A DNA stretch of 64,000 nucleotides. Origin: a virus (taxonomy: Duplodnaviria; Heunggongvirae; Uroviricota; Caudoviricetes). The stretch is from positions 2,050 to 66,049 of the IMG/VR virus record IMGVR_UViG_3300028042_000002. One strand, written 5' to 3'. Below the pieces are notes generated by a model that saw only the letters and a program-made list of their open reading frames with translations, ran no database searches and was not told the DNA's origin. This document shows positions 38,310-48,494 of this stretch, in pieces. Position 1 is the stretch's first letter; every line of letters starts with the position of its first letter. Both the position numbers and the translations under genes were made by a program.

Positions 38310-39262
38310 ATAATAAAATTAAGACAGTTTTAAATGAGTTTATATTTAGTCAAAAATACAGACCACAAACGTTAGAAGATTGTATACTCACACCTGAATA
38401 TACTAAATTATTTCAGAATATGATTGACAATAAAGAAATTCAGAATATTATTTTAGATGGTGAAAAGGGTATAGGTAAAACTACTATTGCTATAATGTTA
38501 TGTAAAGTTTTAAACCTTGAATATATTTTAATTAATGGCTCTCTTGATAGAAATATTGATACAGTTCGGACAGATATCACACGATTTATTACTAGTGCAT
38601 CATTTTCAAATAATATAAAAGTTGTAATTATTGATGAAGCTGAATATATGAATTTACAATCTACCCAACCTGCCTTACGTTCATTCATTGAAAAGTATAG
38701 TAAGGTTGCAAGGTTTATATTAACTTGTAATAATAGTGATATTATCATTGACCCCATAAAAAGTAGGTGTACTTTAATACAATTTAATTATAGTATTGAA
38801 GATAAGAAATATTTAATGTTACAATTTAGGCGCAAGTTGATAACCATATTAAATATTGAAAATATTAAATATAATGATGTAACACTAAACAAAATTATCA
38901 CTAAATTTAATCCTGATATGCGTGGAATACTTAATAATATTCAGCTTAATATTAGTGACGGAGAATTAAATGATAATACAGTAAATAATGTACTTGAAAA
39001 TTCATTAACAGAATTAAAAGATTTATTAAAATGTGAAAATAATTATAATGAATTACGTTTGTGGGTTGGAAATAATACAGACATCACATTCTATAAAATT
39101 TTAAACTGGCTCTACGAAAATGATAAAGGTGTATTTAAATTTGAAAACTATGGCAATGTTATATTAATATATCGAAATTATGATATTAATTATAATTTAA
39201 GCTCCAATAAAGACATTTACATTTTAGCATTTTTACTTGAATTGCAAAGGTTAAATAATTAG
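38306..39262 (+). CDS. gp44: clamp loader ATPase subunit (T4 gp44)
   Basis: KYRPQTLEDCIL, GIGKTT, VIIDEAE, QPALRSFIE, SRC. Confidence 0.96.
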   Translation: MNNKIKTVLNEFIFSQKYRPQTLEDCILTPEYTKLFQNMIDNKEIQNIILDGEKGIGKTTIAIMLCKVLNLEYILINGSLDRNIDTVRTDITRFITSASFSNNIKVVIIDEAEYMNLQSTQPALRSFIEKYSKVARFILTCNNSDIIIDPIKSRCTLIQFNYSIEDKKYLMLQFRRKLITILNIENIKYNDVTLNKIITKFNPDMRGILNNIQLNISDGELNDNTVNNVLENSLTELKDLLKCENNYNELRLWVGNNTDITFYKILNWLYENDKGVFKFENYGNVILIYRNYDINYNLSSNKDIYILAFLLELQRLNN

Positions 39263-39676
39263 GTGGCGAATTTAACAATTTTTAACATCATAAATAATAT
39301 TCAATATAAAGAACCATTATTATCACCCGAAGCAATTGAAGATATTTATCAGCCGTTTTTATTGGTTCAATATTTTTCATTTATAGAAAGTTGCATCCCC
39401 ATTATTAATGAGATTTCAAAGTATGAAACTTATACATATGATAACTATTACCATTATTTATTTCTGTATAAAAATATACCAAAATTAACCAATATAAAAT
39501 ATCTTAAATGGGGTAAAAAACAGTTTGAATATGATAGCAATGTGTTAAAATTATCAAAGTTGTATCAATGCAATTTAAAGCATGCTAAATCAATTAATGA
39601 TATTTTAGTTAATACTGGTAATATTGATACAGTTTTTAATTTTATTGAAGATTTAACCAAAAAGGTGACATTATGA
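39263..39676 (+). CDS. gp62: clamp loader small subunit (T4 gp62)
   Basis: IFNIINNI, YQPFL...FS, NE, HYLFL..IPK...KW.K; follows gp44. Confidence 0.85.
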   Translation: MANLTIFNIINNIQYKEPLLSPEAIEDIYQPFLLVQYFSFIESCIPIINEISKYETYTYDNYYHYLFLYKNIPKLTNIKYLKWGKKQFEYDSNVLKLSKLYQCNLKHAKSINDILVNTGNIDTVFNFIEDLTKKVTL

Positions 39677-39909
39677 GCGAAGAGATAACAAAATCAGAAG
39701 ATTTAAAACTTGGTGAGTATTATCATTTTTTTGATATTGAAACTGGAGAGCATAATATAGATAATATTATTTATATTAATGATTTTATATTAAATAATTG
39801 GAGAATATTTACTATTGATATCCCACAATTAAATACTATTTCTTTATGCAAAAACCATAATGGTAATGGATTTATTAGAGATTGTTCAATTTGCAACAAA
39901 GTAGATTAA
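39673..39909 (+). CDS. hypothetical protein
   Basis: 78-aa ORF with C/H-rich C-terminus. Confidence 0.55.
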   Translation: MSEEITKSEDLKLGEYYHFFDIETGEHNIDNIIYINDFILNNWRIFTIDIPQLNTISLCKNHNGNGFIRDCSICNKVD

Positions 39910-39958
39910 ATGTGATATAATATTTATAATAATCAACCATAGAAATGAAATATAAATT

Positions 39959-40288
39959 ATGATAAAAATAACTTTACCATTGAGCAATAATAAACCTACT
40001 CCACATCAACAAACGTTTGAAATGTTATCAAGAATGGGTAAACTTAATTCAGATGATGAATTTTATCAGCTTTGTTTCATTTTACAGGTTGCCAATGAAT
40101 ATTATATTATTCATAAAAATCAACAATTTGATATAAATAAATCAAACTTTCTAAATTACATTAATTTCCAAGAGGTTTTAAAAATTATAAAAATGTTAAA
40201 AGAATGGGGATTTGTTTATTGCGATAACCCAAATATATATAATAAAAATATTACAAATATTACAGTACTTAAAAAGAGTGACAAATAA
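39959..40288 (+). CDS. regA: translational repressor RegA (divergent)
   Basis: EMLSRMG, YQLCFIL, YYIIH, L.EWG; synteny after gp62. Confidence 0.75.
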   Translation: MIKITLPLSNNKPTPHQQTFEMLSRMGKLNSDDEFYQLCFILQVANEYYIIHKNQQFDINKSNFLNYINFQEVLKIIKMLKEWGFVYCDNPNIYNKNITNITVLKKSDK

Positions 40289-40290
40289 TA

Positions 40291-40809
40291 ATGATTAATG
40301 TAAAAGTTTATAAAATTAATAAAGATGTTCAACGTCCTGAATATGCAACAGAAGGTTCATCTTGTTTTGATATTAGAGCAGATTTAACCAACCATAATAA
40401 AGTTAAAGGATATTTACCTTCTAATATTTCGCATGATATTCAACCAATGTTAAATAAAAGTAATAATAAAATGGCAATGGTTTTAACTGGAAACTGTCGA
40501 GCATTAATTCCAACTGGTTTAATATTTGATATTCCAGATGGTTACTCTATGCGTATTCATCCTAGAAGTGGATTAGCTATCAAATTTGGTATTAATTTAA
40601 TTAATTGTGAAGGAGTAATAGACAGTGATTATGTAAATGAGATTTTTATACCATTAATTAATAATAGTGTATCTTTATATACTATTAATCATGGTGATAG
40701 AATAGCCCAATGTGAAATAGTTAAAACTGAAAAAGTTAGCTATATTGAAACGTTAAATAAACCAACTAAAACTACTAGAAATGGCGGCTTTGGTTCAACA
40801 GGTAAATAA
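40291..40809 (+). CDS. dut: dUTPase
   Basis: FDI, LIPTGL, PRSGLA, GVIDSDY, GDRIAQ, RNGGFGSTG. Confidence 0.97.
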   Translation: MINVKVYKINKDVQRPEYATEGSSCFDIRADLTNHNKVKGYLPSNISHDIQPMLNKSNNKMAMVLTGNCRALIPTGLIFDIPDGYSMRIHPRSGLAIKFGINLINCEGVIDSDYVNEIFIPLINNSVSLYTINHGDRIAQCEIVKTEKVSYIETLNKPTKTTRNGGFGSTGK

Positions 40810-40812
40810 AGT

Positions 40813-41091
40813 ATGCAAATTAATTTAGAAAATTATAAAGATAATGAATTAGATGAAATCTTATTAAATGGTGACAATGAAGTAGAAATTAACATCACTC
40901 CTTGTACATTAATTAATGAAGACTTAAAAGATTATTTAAAATGGATTAAAAAAGTGTTAAATAATTATTATGATAATGAATATACAGTAATAATTCCACA
41001 TAAAGAAGATTTATACACTAAACCACCTAAAAAGTATCGAAAGTTTATTAAAAAATATTCATCATATTGTAAATTTGGAGGTGATGTATAA
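40813..41091 (+). CDS. hypothetical protein
   Basis: 92-aa ORF in operon. Confidence 0.6.
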   Translation: MQINLENYKDNELDEILLNGDNEVEINITPCTLINEDLKDYLKWIKKVLNNYYDNEYTVIIPHKEDLYTKPPKKYRKFIKKYSSYCKFGGDV

Positions 41092-41432
41092 TGAATAATT
41101 CAATTATGGTATTAATTTTATCCACAGGTGAAGCAGTCGTAGGTGAAGAAATTAAAGACGATAAATATGATGATATTGGTGTTACGTTAAAAAATGTAAT
41201 TAAATTTGTTGACGTTCAAAATAATAATAGCGTATCATCTGCTCCAATCCCATATTTAACTTTAACAACTGATAATGAATTTACGTTTAAATATGATGAT
41301 ATTAGGCATACTCATTTAGAACCTATTAAATCATTATCAGATGAATACCCTAAAATGGTGGATATCATTTATAATAAAAGTAAAATTGTTAAACCTGATA
41401 ATAAAGTGGTAACATTATCAACAGTTAGATAG
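41091..41432 (+). CDS. conserved T4-like small beta-barrel (Sm-like) protein
   Basis: LILSTGEAVVGE...LKN...PY pattern; GGAGGTG RBS. Confidence 0.6.
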   Translation: MNNSIMVLILSTGEAVVGEEIKDDKYDDIGVTLKNVIKFVDVQNNNSVSSAPIPYLTLTTDNEFTFKYDDIRHTHLEPIKSLSDEYPKMVDIIYNKSKIVKPDNKVVTLSTVR

Positions 41433-41452
41433 ACTAATAGATAAAACCTATT

Positions 41453-41493
41453 AATAGAGTATGTAATTATCATGTTATATACTCTATTTTTTT
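41453..41493 (+). terminator. intrinsic terminator
   Basis: AATAGAGTATGTAA / TTATATACTCTATT stem plus T-tract. Confidence 0.75.
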
Positions 41494-41519
41494 ATGTAAT
41501 TACAATCGAGATATAAATT

Positions 41520-42845
41520 ATGAACAAATTAACTGAACATCAACAAGGTGTATTTAATCGTTTAATCTATGATATTCAATTAGGTTTAAATGGTGATAAA
41601 AATAATATCATTTTAAGTTTAACTGGTCATGCTGGAACAGGTAAAACATTTTTACTTGCACATTTAATTCATCATTATTCTAATTTAGCTTTAAAGTTGC
41701 GAATTACTGCCCCAACTCATCAAGCGGTGAAGGTAATTAAGGATACATTAGAAAATACCCTTGAAAATAGTAACATGAATGATAACTTTGATTTTGATAA
41801 TGATATTAAAACTATTCATTCATTTTTAAGGTTGAAATTAGTACCAAACTTTTTTACTGGTAAACATGATTTAGCAATGGATAAACAGGCTGTAAAACGT
41901 ATCACACCTATTGATATTCTATTTGTTGATGAGGGGAGTATGGTATCAAGTGAATTACTTGGATATTGCGGTGAACGATATAAAAATAATACATTAAAAG
42001 TGATTATATTAATTGGTGACATTTTCCAACTTAAACCAGTTGATAATGAGGGTAAAATGAACCCATTTTTAAATATGGATAAATATAGATTAAAGGAAAC
42101 TGTAAGGCAGGTTAAAGATAATCCAATTATTGCCACTTCAACACTTTTGAAAGAATATATTGAAGATGATGATTATTATCCTAAAATCAATAAAAGTTTA
42201 TTTAAAAATTTAGAAGTTATCCACAATAGAACTGAATTTTTAACCAGAGCTGTTGAAGATAAATCATATTATAAAATTGGAACATATACGAATAAATTTG
42301 TTCATAATTATAATACATTCTTGCGTGGACGATTGATGAATAATCCTGTAAATAGTACAGTTGTTGATGATGAATATTTATTTTATTCTACTTTATATAC
42401 TGATAATAAAATTAATGATACTTTAATACATCTTAATTCAGATGTATCCACCATCGCCGAATGTGAATTAATGTTTGATGATAAACATATGATTTATTAT
42501 TGGCAAGTTTTAGATACTGATGGGCTTGAATATAAAATATTAGATAGTAAATCTTATGACGATTTTAATGAAATTTTGGATAATGTTAAAAATGAAGCAA
42601 AGAACGAACCTAATGCAAATAAACGCAATCAACAATGGGGATTTTACTTTTCATTGCAGAAAATTTATGCCAATGTAAGATATAATTATGCAAGCACATT
42701 ACACCGCCTCCAAGGTACAACTTTAGATAATGTATATTTAGATTTTTCAGATTTAAACAACTGGAGATATGATAGAAATACAGTATTTAGATTGATGTAT
42801 GTTGGAATTACTAGAGCTAAAAACAATGCTATTATTTTATTATGA
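41520..42845 (+). CDS. dda: Dda-like SF1B DNA helicase
   Basis: GHAGTGKT, TAPTHQA, TIHS, VDEGSMV, GDIFQL.PV, VRQ, YASTLHRLQGTT, YVGITRA. Confidence 0.93.
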   Translation: MNKLTEHQQGVFNRLIYDIQLGLNGDKNNIILSLTGHAGTGKTFLLAHLIHHYSNLALKLRITAPTHQAVKVIKDTLENTLENSNMNDNFDFDNDIKTIHSFLRLKLVPNFFTGKHDLAMDKQAVKRITPIDILFVDEGSMVSSELLGYCGERYKNNTLKVIILIGDIFQLKPVDNEGKMNPFLNMDKYRLKETVRQVKDNPIIATSTLLKEYIEDDDYYPKINKSLFKNLEVIHNRTEFLTRAVEDKSYYKIGTYTNKFVHNYNTFLRGRLMNNPVNSTVVDDEYLFYSTLYTDNKINDTLIHLNSDVSTIAECELMFDDKHMIYYWQVLDTDGLEYKILDSKSYDDFNEILDNVKNEAKNEPNANKRNQQWGFYFSLQKIYANVRYNYASTLHRLQGTTLDNVYLDFSDLNNWRYDRNTVFRLMYVGITRAKNNAIILL

Positions 42846-42890
42846 ATAATATCCAATACACCTTTAAATAATTAATAAGAGATATTTATA

Positions 42891-43625
42891 ATGATTACAA
42901 ATATTACACAAACTGATAAAGATATTCAAACCATGTCATCACTTGAAATTGCTGAATTGACAGGTAAAACACATTCTCATGTATTACGAGATATTGATAA
43001 TATGTTGATTATTGTAAATCCAGATTTGGATAGTCCTTTAAATTCAGCAACTTATAAAGATGGTAATAATATAGAAAGACGACATTTTAATCTTAATAAA
43101 AATTTAACATTAACCCTGATTTCAGGTTACAATATAAAACTTCGATATACAATTATCAAAAGATGGCAAGAATTAGAAACTATCGAAGAACCTAAATCAA
43201 TTCAACCTATTAATCCACTAACCCAACAATTAGAAGGTTTAAAATTTCTAGCAGATGAATTTAATATTCAAGGTGTAGATAAAATTAATATGTTTGAAAA
43301 TGGATTAGCTAAATTTCCAGATATTATTAAAGCTTTACCATCATATTCAACTTCAAGTATATCTGCCAAAGTTGCACAATCGTACAGTGGTCATAAATCT
43401 GACAATGATGAAGTTTTAATATCTGCAACCGCCTTTAATAAATTAGCTAAAAGTCATAAAATATTAGAGCAGATTACTAGAAAAAATGGTAAAAAGTTTT
43501 GGAGTGTGACAGATAAAGGTTTAAAATATGGACTTAATAAAGTGTCACGTCAATCATCATCAATAACTCAACCGCATTGGTATGATGATACATTTAAAGA
43601 ATTATATAAAGTAGTTCAACAATGA
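42891..43625 (+). CDS. Rha-family regulatory/antirepressor-like protein
   Basis: TMSSLEIAELTGK.H.HVLRDI, LISGYNIKLR..II.RWQELE, C-terminal W.VT.KG..YG. Confidence 0.88.
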   Translation: MITNITQTDKDIQTMSSLEIAELTGKTHSHVLRDIDNMLIIVNPDLDSPLNSATYKDGNNIERRHFNLNKNLTLTLISGYNIKLRYTIIKRWQELETIEEPKSIQPINPLTQQLEGLKFLADEFNIQGVDKINMFENGLAKFPDIIKALPSYSTSSISAKVAQSYSGHKSDNDEVLISATAFNKLAKSHKILEQITRKNGKKFWSVTDKGLKYGLNKVSRQSSSITQPHWYDDTFKELYKVVQQ

Positions 43626-43807
43626 TGATATTCATATCAAGTTTTATTATTTCAATAGTTATCTATATGTTAATTGTTGAAATGATAATGAATAGTGATT
43701 TATTTTACTATATTATGATGGAATTACATTTAGGCAATGAAAATATACCGATTTATTCAACTTTATTATTTTTAGTATTGTGGGGAGTTGTATTTATGCA
43801 ATTTTAA
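43622..43807 (+). CDS. small membrane protein
   Basis: two hydrophobic segments. Confidence 0.5.
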   Translation: MMIFISSFIISIVIYMLIVEMIMNSDLFYYIMMELHLGNENIPIYSTLLFLVLWGVVFMQF

Positions 43808-43815
43808 GTATTAAT

Positions 43816-43847
43816 ACCATTATTAAATATAATAAATTAATAATGGT
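43816..43847. terminator. hairpin, probable terminator
   Basis: ACCATTATTAA / TTAATAATGGT inverted repeat. Confidence 0.5.
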
Positions 43848-44121
43848 TGACTTTATTTAATTCATATAAGCTGACCTGTTGATAAAGTAATATACAACAA
43901 ATAATGAATATTTTTAACTCTATTTAAAGTTAATAATTCTGCCCCACCTTTAATTAAAATATCTTTAACTTGTTGATATGTAAGTGTATTTATATATTGT
44001 AAATGTTGTTTCATGATATATACCTTTTATGGTTAATTGGATAAGTTTGATTATTATATTAGTATTTTATAATATAGTCAATCTATAGTTACGTTAATAT
44101 CGTTATAAATAATTATAAAAA

Positions 44122-44853
44122 ATGAAACCACCTTTCTATTATAATAATACTCGTAAAATGATTATAACTTTTGGCACTCTGTTCAATGAATTGCAAATTG
44201 ATAGAGTTGATACCAATGGAATATTTAAAACTATACCCATACCATTAAAATATTATCCAAAAGAGAAATTTATCACTAGAATTAATGAAATTGATAAAAT
44301 TGAAGAAGATAATATCCATATTCAAGAGACGTTACCACGGATGGGTTATGAATTGGTGAGCATTGAATATGATAGTGAACGTAAAACTAATACTATGGTT
44401 CAATTATTAAATGATGATAAAACTAAATCATCTTTGAATAGAGTACCATATTTATTTAATTTCTCTTTATATATTGCAACCCGCAAGTTTGATGATAGTT
44501 TAAGAATTGTTGAACAAATTTTACCATATTTTACACCTAATCTAGTGGTTACAGTTATTGATAATGAATTATTAGATATGGAAAGTGAGATTGATATATT
44601 ATTAAATAGTCCTGCATTTGATGTTCAAGCTGGTGGAATGATGGAAGAACGTAGGAGTATCTTATGGACATTGGATTTTACAGTTAAAGGATATTTATAT
44701 TCTAAAGTTAGTGGCACGACATTAATTAAGAAAACTATTATAAATTTAAGAGATTTTGACAACTCTTCAATATTTGAAACTTTAACTAGCACCGTTAATC
44801 CACAAAATGCTAATATTGATGATAATTACAGTATTATTGATGAAATTTTATAA
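44122..44853 (+). CDS. gp15: tail sheath stabiliser/completion protein (T4 gp15)
   Basis: FY...RKMIITFGTLFN, IP..Y.PKEKF, LPRMGYE, RIVEQILPYFTP, WTLDFTVKG; late promoter at 44104-44111. Confidence 0.93.
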   Translation: MKPPFYYNNTRKMIITFGTLFNELQIDRVDTNGIFKTIPIPLKYYPKEKFITRINEIDKIEEDNIHIQETLPRMGYELVSIEYDSERKTNTMVQLLNDDKTKSSLNRVPYLFNFSLYIATRKFDDSLRIVEQILPYFTPNLVVTVIDNELLDMESEIDILLNSPAFDVQAGGMMEERRSILWTLDFTVKGYLYSKVSGTTLIKKTIINLRDFDNSSIFETLTSTVNPQNANIDDNYSIIDEIL

Positions 44854-44876
44854 ATATTAAATAAAAGGTAATTATT

Positions 44877-45521
44877 ATGGAAGTTGTATTTGTTGAAATT
44901 TTTAAAAATTATGGGGCTATTGTTACTGTATTGTTGGGTTTGATATATTTATTAATTAAATATTTTAAACCATTACGAAAATACATTAAAAAATATATTA
45001 ATAATCAGACTTCTATATATAGACCTAAAAATATGTTGCAATCTAAATTGACATATTGGCTCAATTTTAAAATTAATACTTTACACTTAGATAATAAATG
45101 TAAAGAGTTGATATTTAAGGAATTATTATTAATTAAGTTTAATATTATTAGTGATAATATTTTTAGGCTTGATGATGATCCATTATTTGATGATATGCCA
45201 AGAAATTTAATTCATCAAAATGTAATTACCATTATTAAAGATATTAATGATGAATTTATTGATATTGCAAATAAACATGGTATTCCAGAGGTTGTAATCG
45301 GGAAATATTTAGAATTAGATAAAGTGCAGTTAAATAATTTCTTTAATAGTGTAGATATTATTATAAAAACCCCAATTTACAAAACTAATCAAGATGTAAT
45401 TAATGCGGTTTACCTTTTTTATATTTCAATGTTGGAATTGTGTGTAATACAATCTGATAAAATTTTAAATGATTTAAATGGTAGCCTCACTGGAACAGTT
45501 TTTAATGATTGTGTAGTTTAA
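44877..45521 (+). CDS. putative holin (single N-terminal TM plus soluble domain, T4 gpT-like architecture)
   Basis: YGAIVTVLLGLIYLLI TM followed by basic residues; late promoter at 44849-44856. Confidence 0.4.
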   Translation: MEVVFVEIFKNYGAIVTVLLGLIYLLIKYFKPLRKYIKKYINNQTSIYRPKNMLQSKLTYWLNFKINTLHLDNKCKELIFKELLLIKFNIISDNIFRLDDDPLFDDMPRNLIHQNVITIIKDINDEFIDIANKHGIPEVVIGKYLELDKVQLNNFFNSVDIIIKTPIYKTNQDVINAVYLFYISMLELCVIQSDKILNDLNGSLTGTVFNDCVV

Positions 45522-45522
45522 T

Positions 45523-46293
45523 ATGACATGCGAACTTGTCAATGCTATCAATATTAATGATAGTACTATATTTTCAGGTATACTCAATCAAACTATAAAT
45601 TCTTATTTATTTACAGTGGTTGAAAATGAAAACATTACTATTAATATTAATTTTCAAGTTAATAATACTACGCCTTATGTAAAACTTTTATTATATGCGG
45701 TTGAAGGTGAAACATTAGTTGAAGTTGGCAATTCATTTTTAATTGAATTTAATAATGTTATTAATTATGATGCACAAGTCGGAGAATATCTATTATGTTT
45801 AGAAAATTTATACCCTGCTGGATTATTCGTAACTAACTATGACGTATCATTAATACACACTGAATATGATGGTATTATTTTAACTAATATTTTAGGTTAT
45901 TGCGGACAACTTTCAACATTTGAATTTGCACCTTATATTCCACAGCCGTGTAATAGTGAAGTCCAATTTGAATTACTTTATGGGGATTTACCAAAAGGGT
46001 TAACTTTTGAAAATAATGGCATTATAAAAGGTATTCCACCTGAACAAGATTGTATAAAATATAATAATGATTTATTACCTTCATTTACTTGGTATGATAT
46101 TAATAAAAATGGTGAAAGTCAGCCCAATGGCAATGAATATTTAATTATGGTTAGAATTAGTTTAGTTGATTATCCTGATGTGTTTGACGATAAAGAATTT
46201 AGAATATGTATAAATAACAATTGGAGTGCAGATAAAGAAATTATTATCAAACAATTAGAAAATAGTGATAAATTTGAATTAGAATGCAAATAA
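45523..46293 (+). CDS. putative virion protein with Ig-like (He_PIG-type) motif
   Basis: FELLYGDLPKGLTFENNGIIKGIP; in late operon. Confidence 0.55.
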   Translation: MTCELVNAININDSTIFSGILNQTINSYLFTVVENENITININFQVNNTTPYVKLLLYAVEGETLVEVGNSFLIEFNNVINYDAQVGEYLLCLENLYPAGLFVTNYDVSLIHTEYDGIILTNILGYCGQLSTFEFAPYIPQPCNSEVQFELLYGDLPKGLTFENNGIIKGIPPEQDCIKYNNDLLPSFTWYDINKNGESQPNGNEYLIMVRISLVDYPDVFDDKEFRICINNNWSADKEIIIKQLENSDKFELECK

Positions 46294-46356
46294 ATATTGA
46301 AAGGTTTAGTGATTGTGGTAGAATATATTTACATTAATTATATGAAACATATTATC

Positions 46357-46752
46357 ATGAATAAAATTGAGACAATAAAAAACATCACTGAATTTGAAAA
46401 TGGTGACAATTCTGGTTATAAAATAACAACAAGTAATCAAATTATTGAATTATCAATAGATAATTATCAAAGATGTTGTGAAGATTGGGGTTATTTTATA
46501 TCTAATGATGAAATTAAAAGTTTTATTAATTCTAATGTGTTATCTATTATAATTGTTGATGATGAACTAAATACCCATATTTTTAATAAAAATATGGAGG
46601 ATATTTACATGGAAGAATGTTCTACAATGTTTGTTAACATTGAAACTAATAACGGAACATTACAATTTGTTGCGTATAATAGTCATAATGGGTATTATTC
46701 ACATAAAGCTACATTAATATCAACACAATTGAAATATGAAACAGATTTATAA
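46357..46752 (+). CDS. conserved-type hypothetical phage protein
   Basis: QRCCEDWGY, FVNIETNNGTLQFVAYNSHNGYYSH; TGTGGTAGAAT promoter-like motif at ~46314. Confidence 0.75.
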   Translation: MNKIETIKNITEFENGDNSGYKITTSNQIIELSIDNYQRCCEDWGYFISNDEIKSFINSNVLSIIIVDDELNTHIFNKNMEDIYMEECSTMFVNIETNNGTLQFVAYNSHNGYYSHKATLISTQLKYETDL

Positions 46753-46759
46753 GTTTTTA

Positions 46760-46834
46760 ACGCCATTAGCTCAAAGGTAGAGCAGAACCCTCATAATGTT
46801 TAGGTTATTGGTTCAAGTCCAATATGGCGTACCA
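46760..46834 (+). tRNA. tRNA with CAT anticodon (Ile2-like or elongator Met)
   Basis: acceptor ACGCCAT/ATGGCGT, D arm GCTC/GAGC, loop CTCATAA, T arm ATTGG-TTCAAGT-CCAAT, encoded CCA. Confidence 0.93.
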
Positions 46835-47025
46835 TATTTAAATCTTTATTATTTTTACCATGTTTTTATAATAAAGTTAGACTAGCTAATAGTGTCTATA
46901 ATAACATTAGCAATTAAAGTGTATTTTCTATGGTTCATAATTTACCTTCCTCTAATACATGATTTAATCGGTTAATATCGTTAAATATAGCCTACATACT
47001 TCAATATGTAGCACCAAATTCTAAA

Positions 47026-47838
47026 TTATCCCATAAATGGCATTGGTGGTAATTCATATTTAATTTGCATCTCCTCTTCAAGTTGGTTTAATTCTTGCCT
47101 AGCTTGATCGTAAAGTTTATCACCATCTAAATTTACTCCACCTAGCATTGAAATTCCACTAAATTTATATAAATTAGTTCCCCATTGTAATTTTATTTGA
47201 GCAGTTAAATAGCGTTTTACCCATCTGTCATTATAAACATCCGTATTAATATCAGGATTTAATCGTGATAGACATTCTAATACAATTTTATCATCTACTT
47301 TTAATGTTGACCAGTCTGTATCAATATAAACCTTATCTGTATGACGGTTAAATCTAATAGGTGTATATTTTTCATCAGTTGCAAACAATTTACTAATCAT
47401 ATTATAATGAGATAAACTTAAATAATATGATGCAATGTCAAAACCTGTTTCACCTGCTGTATATGAATTTAATGTTGCAGTATTCGTATTACTATTACCA
47501 CCATAACCATTAAATAAATTTCCACCAGCTGAAAATGATATATTAGGGTCTCCCATTGGATTGAGTAAATTGGATTGGCTATCATTAGTTACTAATGAAC
47601 TAACATAAATAATATCATCGGGAATAGGAATAAATTTATTATCAATATCAGGTTGAGTTAAAGTATAAATAAAATACTCTTTAGTAGTACCACTAAAATG
47701 ATAATCTTGATAAAATTGGATAGTGTCATTTACTCTATCATCGACTTGGTCATCATCAACATTAATTTCAACAACTGGAAATCCTAATCTATATTTACAA
47801 TATTCTATTAATGTTGCTCTTGAATTAACTTGAGGCAT
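47026..47838 (-). CDS. gp13: neck protein (T4 gp13)
   Basis: L..YC..RLGFPVVEINVDDDQVDD, YNDRWVKRYLTAQIK.QWG.NL.KF.G....GGV.LDG. Confidence 0.95.
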   Translation of the reverse strand: MPQVNSRATLIEYCKYRLGFPVVEINVDDDQVDDRVNDTIQFYQDYHFSGTTKEYFIYTLTQPDIDNKFIPIPDDIIYVSSLVTNDSQSNLLNPMGDPNISFSAGGNLFNGYGGNSNTNTATLNSYTAGETGFDIASYYLSLSHYNMISKLFATDEKYTPIRFNRHTDKVYIDTDWSTLKVDDKIVLECLSRLNPDINTDVYNDRWVKRYLTAQIKLQWGTNLYKFSGISMLGGVNLDGDKLYDQARQELNQLEEEMQIKYELPPMPFMG

Positions 47839-47839
47839 A

Positions 47840-48448
47840 TTATATTAACCTATTTTTAATGTGTTCAAATATATTACTTACTATTAACGATAATTCATTT
47901 TTATGTTCAGGTTTAAATATTGCTGAATGACCTTTAACATTTTCAACATTATTCATCATCCTTTTATCGTTACCAACATAACCAACATTTCCCATATCTC
48001 CCCAAATTGTAAATGGTATATATTTAGCAATAGTGACCGCCATATCATATTTATTGTGCCAAACTTGAACATTTTTAATAGTTGAATTGGGTGATAGTTT
48101 ACAATCCAAAGCAGGATTAACGTAAACAAATAAATCACTATTTAATCCATATAAACTAGCATGATGTAATATTGCACAACCATTTGAATGACCGATAAAT
48201 ATATTAATATCGCCACTTGATAAAGAATTACTCAACTCTGACATAATTTTACCAATGGGTTTATCTGCTAATTTAGCTTGAATTAAATTAAAATGATTAT
48301 AATCAAGCTCGCAAATATTCAAATTTTTAAAATTATAACGTTTATCTTGATTTATTTCATGAAATAGTGGAATTAATTTATCTGTTGTATTTTTACCACC
48401 ATCTGATACATTATAACCATGTACTATGTATATATTTATTCGTTTCAT
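47840..48448 (-). CDS. alpha/beta hydrolase (esterase/lipase-like)
   Basis: VHGYN oxyanion motif, IGHSNG nucleophile elbow, NPAL, D and GHS triad candidates; late promoter at 48478-48485. Confidence 0.8.
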   Translation of the reverse strand: MKRINIYIVHGYNVSDGGKNTTDKLIPLFHEINQDKRYNFKNLNICELDYNHFNLIQAKLADKPIGKIMSELSNSLSSGDINIFIGHSNGCAILHHASLYGLNSDLFVYVNPALDCKLSPNSTIKNVQVWHNKYDMAVTIAKYIPFTIWGDMGNVGYVGNDKRMMNNVENVKGHSAIFKPEHKNELSLIVSNIFEHIKNRLI

Positions 48449-48494
48449 TATTAATATTATTTAATTTATTGTGTAAATATTTATAAATCTTAAT

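Noticed and set aside
28270..42890. Extra TATAAATA matches antisense to early genes (~28270, 39921, 42883)
   Set aside because: an all-A/T 8-mer is expected many times by chance in this composition; no downstream gene supports them
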